Shown: piece by piece, positions 20,753 through 30,832 of the stretch
Layout of the letters: each line of letters starts with the position of its first letter
How positions within the stretch are numbered: the stretch's first letter is position 1
Assembly (NCBI GenBank): GCA_046861385.1
Contig: JBHHTW010000003.1
Coordinates: forward strand, 32,001-96,000
Origin: Fidelibacterota bacterium
GTDB lineage: Bacteria > Fidelibacterota > Marinisomatia > Marinisomatales > TCS55
Length of the DNA stretch: 64,000 nt
Direction of reading: 5' to 3'
Position numbers and translations under genes: made by a program
Notes under the pieces: model-generated
Told to the model about the DNA's origin: nothing
Databases searched by the model: none
What the model saw: the letters and a program-made list of their open reading frames with translations, nothing else

Positions 20753-22177
20753 ATGACGATTGAAGAAAAACAAGAATCAAGGTTAAACGATTATTTAGAT
20801 AATCCCGATAGCGCCCTTTGGAAACTGGCTCTTCCTGTCATGGCAGGGATGGGAATCCAAACATTGTATACGATTGTGGATATGATATTCATCGGACGGA
20901 TCAGTGGGCTGGCGATCGCGGCTGTAGCTTTCAATATGCCCTTATTCTTTTTTGTCCTCGGATTAACGATGGGACTGGGATCAGGAGTGACAGCTTCGAT
21001 TGCGAGATTTATTGGCGCCAGGGACAAGAAAAACGCTGATAATGCTGCTGAACACGCTGTCATTATGGGATTGGTCATTTCTTTTGTATTAACCACCATC
21101 GGCCTGATTTGGGGGAAACAAATACTATTGACCATTGGCGCAACAGATGATGTTATTAACATGAGTTGGTCATATTTACGTATCATCTGCTACGGATTGC
21201 CTTTTATGGTGTTTTCTGCGTTTTTCAGATCCATATTAGTGGGAGAGGGGGATACAAAATTCCCCATGACAGTTGCTGCGTTTGGCACGGTGCTGAATAT
21301 AATATTAGATCCCATTTTTATTTTTACACTTAAAATGGGTGTCTCCGGAGCTGCATGGGCCACAGCCATCAGCCAATTCGTTGTTTTTATCATTTTTATT
21401 TATATGCTCTTTGTAAAAGAACATTCCTATATCCGATTTCGAATGAAAGATTTTTCACCATCTGCCTTTATCATAAATGATATTATCAAAGTGGGACTGC
21501 CTGCTTCACTCTCTATGGTAATCATGTCCATTGGGCAATTGGTATTCAATAGAATACTCGTCTTTTTTTCAACGGATGTTGTGGCTGCATATCAGGTTGC
21601 GGGTCGGATAGACATGCTAATCTTTTTACCTATTATGTCCATTTCGTATGCTTTAACAACATTGGTAGGAATGTTTTTTGGGGCCAAACGTATGGGTAGA
21701 TTGAAACATATTATTTATTATGGATTGAGCCGGTCATTTATGATTGCAGTAGTAACATCAACGCTTGTTTACTTTTTGGCGCCAACACTTATCAAGTCTT
21801 TTACTCACGTTGAGCCTATTCAGGAAGTGGCAATAACCTATCTCAGGCTCATGGCCATGGTCTATCCTGCCATTGCCATTGCCATGCCATGTGGAAGAAT
21901 TTTGCAGGGTTTTGGATTGGGTTTGCCTACGTTGATTATCACAATGATTAGAGTACTCATCGTGGCAACTCCACTTTCATTATTCTTTGTTTTCATTCAA
22001 AATAAACCGGTTGAATGGGTTTGGTACTCTATGATGATATCAGCAGCGGTATCCTTTGTTGTTGCTCTTGGTTGGGTCATGTGGGCGATTAAAAAATATT
22101 CGGTTTTCCCATCAGAGTTGGAACAGGAAAAGATTCAACTTGAAGCGAATCAGCAAAGCAATGAGATTCCTTACTAG
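20753..22177 (+). CDS. MATE family efflux transporter
   Basis: LALPV..QTLYTIVD; GEGDTKFPM..NIILDPIFI...GVSGAAWATAISQ; about 12 TM. Confidence 0.93.
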   Translation: MTIEEKQESRLNDYLDNPDSALWKLALPVMAGMGIQTLYTIVDMIFIGRISGLAIAAVAFNMPLFFFVLGLTMGLGSGVTASIARFIGARDKKNADNAAEHAVIMGLVISFVLTTIGLIWGKQILLTIGATDDVINMSWSYLRIICYGLPFMVFSAFFRSILVGEGDTKFPMTVAAFGTVLNIILDPIFIFTLKMGVSGAAWATAISQFVVFIIFIYMLFVKEHSYIRFRMKDFSPSAFIINDIIKVGLPASLSMVIMSIGQLVFNRILVFFSTDVVAAYQVAGRIDMLIFLPIMSISYALTTLVGMFFGAKRMGRLKHIIYYGLSRSFMIAVVTSTLVYFLAPTLIKSFTHVEPIQEVAITYLRLMAMVYPAIAIAMPCGRILQGFGLGLPTLIITMIRVLIVATPLSLFFVFIQNKPVEWVWYSMMISAAVSFVVALGWVMWAIKKYSVFPSELEQEKIQLEANQQSNEIPY

Positions 22178-22359
22178 ATGGACAGATTCTCATGACTCTG
22201 GAGGTGTTAACAAAAAAATTGCTACGGCAATAACAATGGATTCATTGTTTTAGTAAATTTCTTATTTTAAAAGTCTTTTAAGTATAATCAAGCCCTTTTC
22301 TTTTTCTTCAAGAATTTTGTTTAAGTTATATTCCCAGTAATCCTTTTAATATTTTACAC

Positions 22360-23289
22360 ATGACAGATTTGATCACCGGACTCTTGCAAGAATCGATTAG
22401 CGGTATTGCTCTCGGGTGTATTTATGCATTAATCGCCCTTGGTTTTACTCTCATTTATAAAGCAACGGAAGTTGTGAATTTTGCTCAGGGAGAATTGATG
22501 ATGGTGGGGGCTTATGTCAATTTTTTCTTTGTAACCAAACTCATTTCATCTGCCGGAGAACCGTCGCTCTGGATTTTTTTAGTCGCATTGGCGGGCAGTC
22601 TTTTATTCTCCATCATATTCGGATGGTTACTGGATTTGATCATAAACCGGCCTCTGAAAGATGAACCGATATTTTCCATTATAATTGCCACCATCAGTTT
22701 ATCCATCATTCTCCGGGCCGTCGTTGCCATGATTGCAGGGCCCATGAGTTTATTACCAGTCTCTCCCTTTGGAGAGAGCGTAGTAAAAGTGGGAGGGATT
22801 GTTATATCCATCCTGGATATTTTTATTGTAGGAAGCGCTGTGATCCTCGTGGCCCTATTCTATTATTTTTTCAATAAAACACGTTGGGGAATTGCCATGC
22901 AGGCCACTTCGGAAGACCCCATTGCAGCCCAACTGATGGGGATTCCCGTTAATCGGGTACATTCTCTCGTTTGGATATTTTCTGCACTGGTGGCTACTAT
23001 CAGCGGAATTTTACTCGCTCCCCGGTTGTCTCTGTTGGATACATCCATGGGATTTTTAGGACTAAAAGCATTCCCGGCGGCTGTATTGGGCGGGTTTGGA
23101 TCCATCGGCGGCGCCATTGTGGGTGGTATCATCATGGGGGTGATTGAAACAGTCAGCATAGGAACGCTATCGTTTCATTATTCCTGGATAAAAGAAATAA
23201 ATGATATTATTGTTTGGATCGTCCTGATTGCCGTTTTAATGATTAAACCGGATGGTCTTTTCGGTGTGGAAAAAGTAAAGAAGGTATAA
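22360..23289 (+). CDS. livH: Branched-chain amino acid-type ABC permease (LivH-like)
   Basis: YALIALGFTLIY..VVNFAQGE, KAFPAAVLGGFGS and KPDGLFG. Confidence 0.9.
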   Translation: MTDLITGLLQESISGIALGCIYALIALGFTLIYKATEVVNFAQGELMMVGAYVNFFFVTKLISSAGEPSLWIFLVALAGSLLFSIIFGWLLDLIINRPLKDEPIFSIIIATISLSIILRAVVAMIAGPMSLLPVSPFGESVVKVGGIVISILDIFIVGSAVILVALFYYFFNKTRWGIAMQATSEDPIAAQLMGIPVNRVHSLVWIFSALVATISGILLAPRLSLLDTSMGFLGLKAFPAAVLGGFGSIGGAIVGGIIMGVIETVSIGTLSFHYSWIKEINDIIVWIVLIAVLMIKPDGLFGVEKVKKV

Positions 23290-24326
23290 TGAAAGGTCGT
23301 TACGAAGAAGAAAACCTTAATTGGATTCCCATATTAATCGGGTTTGTGATTCTTCTTCCATTTTTGCTGAAGTCAATGACTTTCAGCTATAAATATTATT
23401 TATTTATTTTAAATATAGCCGGTATTTATATTATTCTTGCCGTGGGATTGGATTTGCTCAGCGGGTTCACGGGGCTCATTTCTTTGGGGCATGCTGCTTT
23501 TTTAGCTATTGGCGCCTATACATCGGCCATTCTGGTTAATCAGGCAGGGGTACCTTTTATCTTGTCCTTAATCGTTTCTCCGCTGATTGCAGGACTATTC
23601 GGGTTTATTATCGGATTTCCTGCGCTTCGAATTTCAGGAATGTACCTGGGATTAACCACAATGGGTTTTGGCTTTATCGTCAAGCGGCTTATCATTGCAT
23701 TCAGAGAATGGACTCAAGGAGCCGGTGGACTGGAAGTATCTTCACCTGTGATATTTGGTTACACTATTAAATCAGATTGGGATAATTATTATTTAATATT
23801 CACATTTGCCATATTAGCCGTTGTATTAGGAAGAAGAATCAGCAAGTCAAAAATAGGCAGAGCATTTATGGCTATTCGGGATTCAGAGCAGGCGGCAGAA
23901 GCATCCGGAGTTAATTTGGCAAAATACAAAATGTTATCATTTTTTATATCAGGATTATTTGCCGGGTTTGCCGGTGTTTTATTTGCTCATACCAATCACT
24001 TTATTTCTACAGACCATTTTGATATGCTTCTTTCTATATATTTTATTATCATGGTTCTCGTGGGAGGTGCCGGCTCCATTTATGGCGCTGTATTAGGGAC
24101 GTTATTCATTGTGCTGCTGGATTACCTCATTGTCCCCCAGTTAAAAGATTGGGTGCATCTTTATTTAAATACGGATGCGGGAGATATCCAGTCACTCATT
24201 TTCGGTCTTATAATGCTATTGTTTATTATATTCCAACCCTTGGGATTATACGGTATGTGGTTGAAAATGAGAATATACTGGAAAATATTTCCATTTAATC
24301 CACGGAAGAAATTTAAAATATCATAA
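23289..24326 (+). CDS. livM: Branched-chain amino acid-type ABC permease (LivM-like)
   Basis: GFTGLISLGHAAF, GRAFMAIRDSE and VGGAGSIYG. Confidence 0.9.
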   Translation: MKGRYEEENLNWIPILIGFVILLPFLLKSMTFSYKYYLFILNIAGIYIILAVGLDLLSGFTGLISLGHAAFLAIGAYTSAILVNQAGVPFILSLIVSPLIAGLFGFIIGFPALRISGMYLGLTTMGFGFIVKRLIIAFREWTQGAGGLEVSSPVIFGYTIKSDWDNYYLIFTFAILAVVLGRRISKSKIGRAFMAIRDSEQAAEASGVNLAKYKMLSFFISGLFAGFAGVLFAHTNHFISTDHFDMLLSIYFIIMVLVGGAGSIYGAVLGTLFIVLLDYLIVPQLKDWVHLYLNTDAGDIQSLIFGLIMLLFIIFQPLGLYGMWLKMRIYWKIFPFNPRKKFKIS

Positions 24327-24342
24327 CAAGAGGAGAATAAAC

Positions 24343-25509
24343 ATGAAAAGAGTAACAGGGTTATTGGTATTCATCGTGCTCATCCTGACCGGATGTAGCA
24401 AACAGGCCAAGGCGCCTGGAGTAACGGATACCGAAATATTGATCGGAAATATACAGGACCTGAGCGGCCCCATGAAAGAATTAGGTGCCGTATTGCCTGC
24501 AGGATCAAACGTTTATTTCCGCTACATTAATGAACAGGGCGGTGTCCATGGCCGGCAGGTGAAAATGATGGTGGAAGATCATCAATATAATCCGCAAAAG
24601 GCCGTAACAGCTGCTAAAAAATTAATTGAAAAAGACCAGGTGTTTTGTCTCTATCAAGTGATCGGAACTTCCCCCTGTGAAGCCATTCGTCCGATTCTGG
24701 TGGAAACGGGCACCCCTCTGATTGCTCCGGCCACCCAGTCTGGTACCATGTCTGACTTATCCCGTCCCGCAGGTGATTTGATCTTTCATACCGATACGGG
24801 CTACGATAAGCAAACCAATATCCTAGTGGATTATATTCTGAAACAGGATGCCAATGCAAAAATCGGTTTAATCTATCAGGACGATGACTATGGACAAAAT
24901 GTATTGAAAGGTGCAGGCGAAGCGGAAACCCGTACGGGTGTGTCTATCCAGAAAGAAGCTTATCAACGGGGAGCAACTGATTTTACGGGCCAGGTCGGCA
25001 ACTTGATAAAAGGCGGAGCCACACATGTGATAATTGCCGGTGTCGTCAAAGAACCGATTATTGTAATGAAAACAGCAGCAGCAATGGGTTATTCACCCCA
25101 ATTCTTTGGCACAAGCCCAACGATGGATCATCGTGTTGCTTTAGCCGCGGGACCAGCAGGTGAAGGTTTTATTGCTTCCAATTTTGCTAGCTTATGGAAT
25201 TCGGATGCAACTGCCGCTGTCAAGTATAGAGAACTTTGTAAAAAATATGAAGTCCCTGAAGCCTATATGGGTATGTATCATTTTTATGGATTTATGACGG
25301 CCATGGTTCTCGTAGAAGGCTTGGAACGGGCAGGAAAAAATCCGACCCGGAAACGTTTGGTAAAAGGAATGGAAACATTCAACAAATGGAAGTCTGGTGC
25401 GTTTCCTCCCATCACCTACACCTCTAAAGATCACGCCGGAACCGAATCCGTGATTCTGGTTCAGGTGAAAAATGGTGTACAAACTGTTATTACGGACTGG
25501 GTTGATTAA
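24343..25509 (+). CDS. Liv-family ABC substrate-binding lipoprotein
   Basis: RBS AGGAG; lipobox LTGC; GVTDTEILIG..DLSGP and INEQGGVHGR. Confidence 0.9.
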   Translation: MKRVTGLLVFIVLILTGCSKQAKAPGVTDTEILIGNIQDLSGPMKELGAVLPAGSNVYFRYINEQGGVHGRQVKMMVEDHQYNPQKAVTAAKKLIEKDQVFCLYQVIGTSPCEAIRPILVETGTPLIAPATQSGTMSDLSRPAGDLIFHTDTGYDKQTNILVDYILKQDANAKIGLIYQDDDYGQNVLKGAGEAETRTGVSIQKEAYQRGATDFTGQVGNLIKGGATHVIIAGVVKEPIIVMKTAAAMGYSPQFFGTSPTMDHRVALAAGPAGEGFIASNFASLWNSDATAAVKYRELCKKYEVPEAYMGMYHFYGFMTAMVLVEGLERAGKNPTRKRLVKGMETFNKWKSGAFPPITYTSKDHAGTESVILVQVKNGVQTVITDWVD

Positions 25510-25511
25510 TA

Positions 25512-25705
25512 TTACTACGGCATAGGTTAGCGATAGCTTTCGTATGAATCACAGTTACAAATAGACAATTACATTTCTGTCATTACGAAAAGTGGAGCGA
25601 CGAAGTGATCTCCTTGGGAATGATGAAAGAAGGAGATTGCTTCGTCGCTCGTTCCTCTCTTCTCGCAATAACATTAATTTATTACGAAAACCATTACCAG
25701 ATTAA
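25512..25705. mobile_element. MITE-like element, copy 1, with internal REP-like palindrome
   Basis: TA on both sides (25510-11, 25706-07). Ends TTACTACGG...CCAGATTAA. Internal TGTCATTACGA...TCGCAATAACA (25578-25673) with a 21-bp stem 25595-25615/25630-25650. Related to 61398-61578. Confidence 0.75.
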
Positions 25706-25758
25706 TAATAAAATGAATAATAAAGCCCTCGATGTTATTATCGAAAGCTTTATTTACT

Positions 25759-26520
25759 ATGACTGAATTAAATATTCAAAATTTACATATGCAATTCTCC
25801 GGAGTAGTGGCTCTGGATGATGTTTCATTTGATGTAAGAGAAGGTGAAATATTTTCATTAATTGGTCCCAATGGATCAGGAAAATCCACACTGTTTAATT
25901 GCATTAACGGTTTCAATCGACCCCAGAAAGGTTCAATCAGTTTTGGTGATATAGATTTGCTGGACAAGCAGCCCCATCAAGTGATTAAAGTGGGAATTTC
26001 CAGAACATTTCAAAACGTCCAAAATATTCCATTTATGACTGTACTAGATAATATCTTATTAGGTGCACATCAGCGTATTGATAATAAATCAACTTTAAAA
26101 CGCTGGGTGAGTAGAACACAACGTTTGAAAGAAGAAGCCATGGGGTTGGAAATATTAGATTTTTTAGGTATTGCCAACTATGAAAAAAAATACATGACAG
26201 GTCAGCCCTATGGAATTCAAAAATTAACGGAAATCGCCCGAGCGTTGGTTGCAAAACCCAATTTAATACTCATGGATGAACCAGCCGCAGGAATGAACGA
26301 CCAGGAAACCTTTGAAATAGCCAAAATCATATCAGAAATCCGCGAGGATTTGGGTATTACGGTGTTGGTAGTGGAACATGATATGAATCTGGTTATGAGT
26401 ATTTCTGATCGTATTTGTGTTTTGGATTCGGGCAAAATTCTGGTCATCGGCAAACCAGAAGAAGTCAAAAACCATCCCGAAGTCATTAAGGCATTCTTAG
26501 GAGATCTCACCGATGCTTAG
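25759..26520 (+). CDS. livG: ABC ATP-binding protein (LivG-like); alternative start 25732
   Basis: GPNGSGKST, RTFQN, MDEPAAG and VEHDM. Confidence 0.92.
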   Translation: MTELNIQNLHMQFSGVVALDDVSFDVREGEIFSLIGPNGSGKSTLFNCINGFNRPQKGSISFGDIDLLDKQPHQVIKVGISRTFQNVQNIPFMTVLDNILLGAHQRIDNKSTLKRWVSRTQRLKEEAMGLEILDFLGIANYEKKYMTGQPYGIQKLTEIARALVAKPNLILMDEPAAGMNDQETFEIAKIISEIREDLGITVLVVEHDMNLVMSISDRICVLDSGKILVIGKPEEVKNHPEVIKAFLGDLTDA

Positions 26521-27256
26521 ACTGATCGGGGTAGAAACATATTATGGTAAAGTTAAAGCACTTCATGGTGTATCACTCGAAGTAAAAGAAGGACAACTCG
26601 TCACAATACTCGGTGCGAACGGCGCCGGGAAAACAACGATCCTTAAAGCAATTAGCGGTTTGGTTGAACCTGAATACGGAACCATTCATTTTCAAGAAAT
26701 GCGAATCGATAGAAAAAATCCCGAAGAAATTGTAAAACTGGGAATCAGTCACGTACCGGAATGGAGAAGGATTTTTCCTGAGCTGACCGTAGAAGAAAAT
26801 TTATTGATGGGTGGATTCTTAATTATAGATAAGGATTTACTGTATCATCGAATGGAAGAAGCGTTTCAGCATTTTCCATTATTAGAAAAGCGAAAACACC
26901 AACGTGCAGGAAATATGAGCGGTGGAGAGCAACAAATGCTTGCTATTTCCAGAGCATTGATGATCAAACCAAAACTACTCCTATTAGATGAGCCGTCCCT
27001 GGGACTCTCTCCTTTACTTGTCCGGCAAATTTTTAGTACGATTCAAAAGCTCCATCAATCAGGTGTAACTATTTTGCTTGTAGAGCAAAATGTAAACCAG
27101 GCGCTGAAAATAGCAGACTATGGATACGTTCTCACATCCGGGAAAATATTCTTAAGTGGCACCTACGATGAATTGTACGAGGAGGAAAAAGTAAGAGAAA
27201 TGTACTTGGGTGAAGGGAAATATGTCCGAAGAGCAAAATTGTGGAGCGGACGTTGA
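26513..27256 (+). CDS. livF: ABC ATP-binding protein (LivF-like)
   Basis: GANGAGKTT, MSGGEQQM, LDEPSLGL and VEQN. Confidence 0.93.
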   Translation: MLRLIGVETYYGKVKALHGVSLEVKEGQLVTILGANGAGKTTILKAISGLVEPEYGTIHFQEMRIDRKNPEEIVKLGISHVPEWRRIFPELTVEENLLMGGFLIIDKDLLYHRMEEAFQHFPLLEKRKHQRAGNMSGGEQQMLAISRALMIKPKLLLLDEPSLGLSPLLVRQIFSTIQKLHQSGVTILLVEQNVNQALKIADYGYVLTSGKIFLSGTYDELYEEEKVREMYLGEGKYVRRAKLWSGR

Positions 27257-29079
27257 ACAGTCCTGATTTATTAGTATATAATACCGTGCCGAAATTGTTT
27301 TGGTATAATGTTGAAAACTATGGCAATGATATCACAACATGGTGGAAACAAAAAGGTCTTTGGGAATCCATAACCTGGAAGCAATATGGAGATTGGTCTC
27401 AGGATATTGCCAATGCATTATTAAATGCCGGAGTGAAACCAGGGGATAAAGTATCCATTCTCAGCCAAACCCGGTTTGAATGGGTGGTCGTTGATTTAGC
27501 CATCATGTCCATTGGTGCGGTGACTGCTCCGATTTATCACTCAAACACAGATGAACAGGTCCACTATATTGCAGATCATAGTGGATCGATATTAATATTT
27601 GCCGAGGATCAGGAACAGTTGGATAAACTGTTGAATATCTGGGGTCAATTACCGAATGTGATCCAGATTATTGTGTTTGACAAATATCAGCCAAAAGATA
27701 TTCCCAATGTGTCATCTTTATCATCATTTAGGGATAAGGGGATTCAATATGGGAAAGATAATCCCGATGAGTTGACAGATAAAATAAAACAAGGAAAGCC
27801 GGAAGATTTAATCAGTTTCATTTATACTTCAGGAACCACCGGACACCCTAAAGCGGGGATGATCAACAATCGAAATGTGTTGGCAGTCATTAAACATTTA
27901 AAGCCAATGTATCAAATGACTCGAGAAGACATGTCTATTGCATATCTCCCGCTGGCTCATATTGCGGAAAGAGACTTGGGTCATTTTATGAAACTCTATA
28001 TCGGAAATATAACCGTATTTGCCGAAAGCATGGAGGATATGCCTGCTAATTTGCGTCAAACAGGTCCAACGGTGATGTTTGGAACACCTAGAGTGTTTGA
28101 AAAATTCTATGCACGAATAACTACCGGAATAAAAGATGCCACATTGATCCAGAAAACCATTTATGAATGGGCGTTAAAAGTGGGTCAATTATTTTCAGAA
28201 ACGAAAGATGAGAATAAATCGATTTCGTTTATTTTATGGATTAAACATAAAATGGCACATTTTTTCATTTTTAAAAAAATTCATGACATTTTCGGAGGCA
28301 AAATTCGATTTATGATATCCGGCGCTGCTCCCATTTCGCCGAACATTATTCGTTATTTTCATTGGATAGGATTAGATATTTATGAAGTATATGGGATGAC
28401 AGAAACTACAGGCGTTATCTCCGCCAATCAAATGGGTCAAATCAAAATTGGATCTGTCGGGAAAATATTCCCGGATACTGAAGTCAAAATTATGGAGGAT
28501 GGAGAAATATGCTGTCGTAGTCCCCAAAATATTCAAGGTTATTATCAAAATGAAGAGGCTACTTCTAAATTATTGATTATTGATGACCAGGGAGACGAAT
28601 GGCTCCACACAGGCGATGTGGGTCACATAGATGAAGATGGTTATTTATTTATTACAGACCGGAAAAAGGATTTAATCATTACCGCAGGTGGTAAAAATGT
28701 AGCGCCACAAAATATTGAAAATTTGCTTAAGACAAGTCCTTATGTCAGCCAGGCCATGGTTTACGGGGATAAAAAGGCGTATTTAACGTCTTTGATAACT
28801 ATGGACGAAGATGAAATTGCAAAATTCGCCAGGGACAGGAAAATTTTATATCAGGACCTGGGAGATTTAACCAGGAAAAAGGAAGTCATTGAACTCATCC
28901 ACCATGAAATTTCAGTATTAAACAGAGAATTGGCTAATTATGAAACCATCAAGAAATTTCACATTCTGGAAGAAGACTTTGATCAGGATAAGGATGAACT
29001 GACTCCGACTATGAAGGTTCGCCGAAAAGTGGTTACAGAGAGATATAAGAACATTTTGGAAAATCTGTATAGATTGTAA
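27241..29079 (+). CDS. Long-chain fatty acid--CoA ligase
   Basis: IYTSGTTGHPK, YLPLAHIAE, YGMTE, WLHTGDVG and ITDRKKDLIITAGGKNVAP. Confidence 0.92.
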   Translation: MERTLNSPDLLVYNTVPKLFWYNVENYGNDITTWWKQKGLWESITWKQYGDWSQDIANALLNAGVKPGDKVSILSQTRFEWVVVDLAIMSIGAVTAPIYHSNTDEQVHYIADHSGSILIFAEDQEQLDKLLNIWGQLPNVIQIIVFDKYQPKDIPNVSSLSSFRDKGIQYGKDNPDELTDKIKQGKPEDLISFIYTSGTTGHPKAGMINNRNVLAVIKHLKPMYQMTREDMSIAYLPLAHIAERDLGHFMKLYIGNITVFAESMEDMPANLRQTGPTVMFGTPRVFEKFYARITTGIKDATLIQKTIYEWALKVGQLFSETKDENKSISFILWIKHKMAHFFIFKKIHDIFGGKIRFMISGAAPISPNIIRYFHWIGLDIYEVYGMTETTGVISANQMGQIKIGSVGKIFPDTEVKIMEDGEICCRSPQNIQGYYQNEEATSKLLIIDDQGDEWLHTGDVGHIDEDGYLFITDRKKDLIITAGGKNVAPQNIENLLKTSPYVSQAMVYGDKKAYLTSLITMDEDEIAKFARDRKILYQDLGDLTRKKEVIELIHHEISVLNRELANYETIKKFHILEEDFDQDKDELTPTMKVRRKVVTERYKNILENLYRL

Positions 29080-29088
29080 ATTGATGCC

Positions 29089-29988
29089 ATGAAGAAATAT
29101 GTATTATTGTTTATTATTCTTTTCCTGGCTGGCTGTGAAAAGGAAGAAGGAGAATCTTATCCTAAAGATTTGATAGGCAATTGGAAAGGATTCGAGAGAA
29201 ACTATTCCTATAATATGATTTCCAATTTATCTCAAACTGTAACTAATCCTTATGCTGAAGGTACCGGTTCAATTGAACTGAATGGAGCTGAAACTGCTTC
29301 ATTAAAATATATCTATTTTCTCAATACTAATGGTATTGTACAAATCGCTATGGCAAAAAATGTATTTGGAGTTATTTCAGAAGATATAAATTTTTCGTTA
29401 AATATTTATGACTACGGCGATTTGGGATCTTACAGTCAGTTAAAGGTATCATCAGATGATGCTGCTGAAAATTATGAAGGAGAACTTGAATTCTCATTGA
29501 TCTCCGATAATTTAGATGGCTTTGTTGAAATAGCCATAGTATCAGGTGCATTATATAATGAATTTGTTAACGATAGTGTAACAGTTACAGGTACACTAAC
29601 ATCTGTTCAGGAAAACGTGGATGCGAACAACGAAATAGAAATAGGCAATATCGATTGGGAGTTCGTTTCCTACGAAATCAGTTTTCTGATTAATGAAGAT
29701 AAGTCATTTGAGCAAACAATTCGCACAATTGATTCAGAAACACTTGAATATTCCGGCACATGGGATGCTACTCATGACGCAATAACATTTCATCATAAAA
29801 ATTATTCAGAAACATTTGAGTATAGCGTATCAAATTCAGGTCTTGAATTGATGGTTGCAAATGACCTTTGTCTTTTAAATCCCGATGTATGTTTATCACA
29901 ATATGAATTAATGTATGGAATGGAAGTGGGATCTTTGGAAAGCGTTATTTTAAATGAAACGACGTTTTTTAATAGATCATCAAATTAA
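29089..29988 (+). CDS. Hypothetical acidic lipoprotein
   Basis: Lipobox LAGC; beta-rich; lipocalin-like LIGNW and YSGTW motifs. Confidence 0.7.
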   Translation: MKKYVLLFIILFLAGCEKEEGESYPKDLIGNWKGFERNYSYNMISNLSQTVTNPYAEGTGSIELNGAETASLKYIYFLNTNGIVQIAMAKNVFGVISEDINFSLNIYDYGDLGSYSQLKVSSDDAAENYEGELEFSLISDNLDGFVEIAIVSGALYNEFVNDSVTVTGTLTSVQENVDANNEIEIGNIDWEFVSYEISFLINEDKSFEQTIRTIDSETLEYSGTWDATHDAITFHHKNYSETFEYSVSNSGLELMVANDLCLLNPDVCLSQYELMYGMEVGSLESVILNETTFFNRSSN

Positions 29989-30725
29989 TTACTACCAAAC
30001 ATTCTCATGAGTCCGTCCGGCATGATTCTTAACAAAGGAATCATCATCTTCATTTGCCATGGGAAGACAAACGTTTTCTTACCTTTATCAATTGCCCTTA
30101 CTATTTTTTCAGCAGCTGTTTCCACTGAGAGGAGAAATGGCATGTGTTTTTGACCTGCTGTCATGGGAGTTTCAATAAACCCGGGGCAAATGGTTGTTAT
30201 TTGAATATTGTATTTGGATAGGGTTACTCTCCAACTGTCAGCCATCAAACGAATATTTGCTTTCGAACCGGCATATCCACCGTGGTAAGGAACACGCAGG
30301 TAGGATGCTACAGAACTGACATTTGCTAAAATGCCGCTTCGCTGCTCCTTCATGATCGGAATAAATGGAATTAGTGTATTGGTCACTCCCGAAACATTTG
30401 TCATTATTATTTTATTGATGGCAGATGAATCACCGTTCATCAGATCATCATGTCCGCCTACGCCGGCATTGGCTATGACCAAATCGATTCCTCCTGCCAA
30501 GTTAATAAAATCTTTTGCTGCATGTTTGGATGCTTTTTGATCTGTGACGTCTAAGGGATAGATTGTTGCATTTCCTCCCAGTTCCTTGCATTTTTCTGCA
30601 ACTTCTTCCAACTTATCTTCTCGACGGGCAGAGAGTCCGATTATGGCACTTCTTTTTGCATAATTATATGCTAAATATTCACCAATACCGCTGCTGGCGC
30701 CGGAAAGAAAAATTCGCTTTTTCAT
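29985..30725 (-). CDS. Short-chain dehydrogenase/reductase
   Basis: SGASSGIG, ANAG, YAGSK and PGFIETPM. Confidence 0.93.
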   Translation of the reverse strand: MKKRIFLSGASSGIGEYLAYNYAKRSAIIGLSARREDKLEEVAEKCKELGGNATIYPLDVTDQKASKHAAKDFINLAGGIDLVIANAGVGGHDDLMNGDSSAINKIIMTNVSGVTNTLIPFIPIMKEQRSGILANVSSVASYLRVPYHGGYAGSKANIRLMADSWRVTLSKYNIQITTICPGFIETPMTAGQKHMPFLLSVETAAEKIVRAIDKGKKTFVFPWQMKMMIPLLRIMPDGLMRMFGSN

Positions 30726-30832
30726 AGAGATCTTATCAAAATGTTTGGATGATAAAATGAGTCAGACGAAAACTGACTTATGCACGATGCTGTGTCCTGC
30801 ATAGCAATGAATTAAATACCCGTTATAAAAAT

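Noticed and set aside
22178-22359. Possible riboswitch or sRNA upstream of the ABC operon (also 59280-59424 before the helicase)
   Set aside because: No recognisable conserved aptamer or strong structure by eye. An Rfam/Infernal scan would be needed.
25578-25673. Simple rho-independent terminator or tRNA
   Set aside because: There is no U-tract after the stem and no cloverleaf. A related copy with the same termini at 61.4 kb points to a dispersed element.
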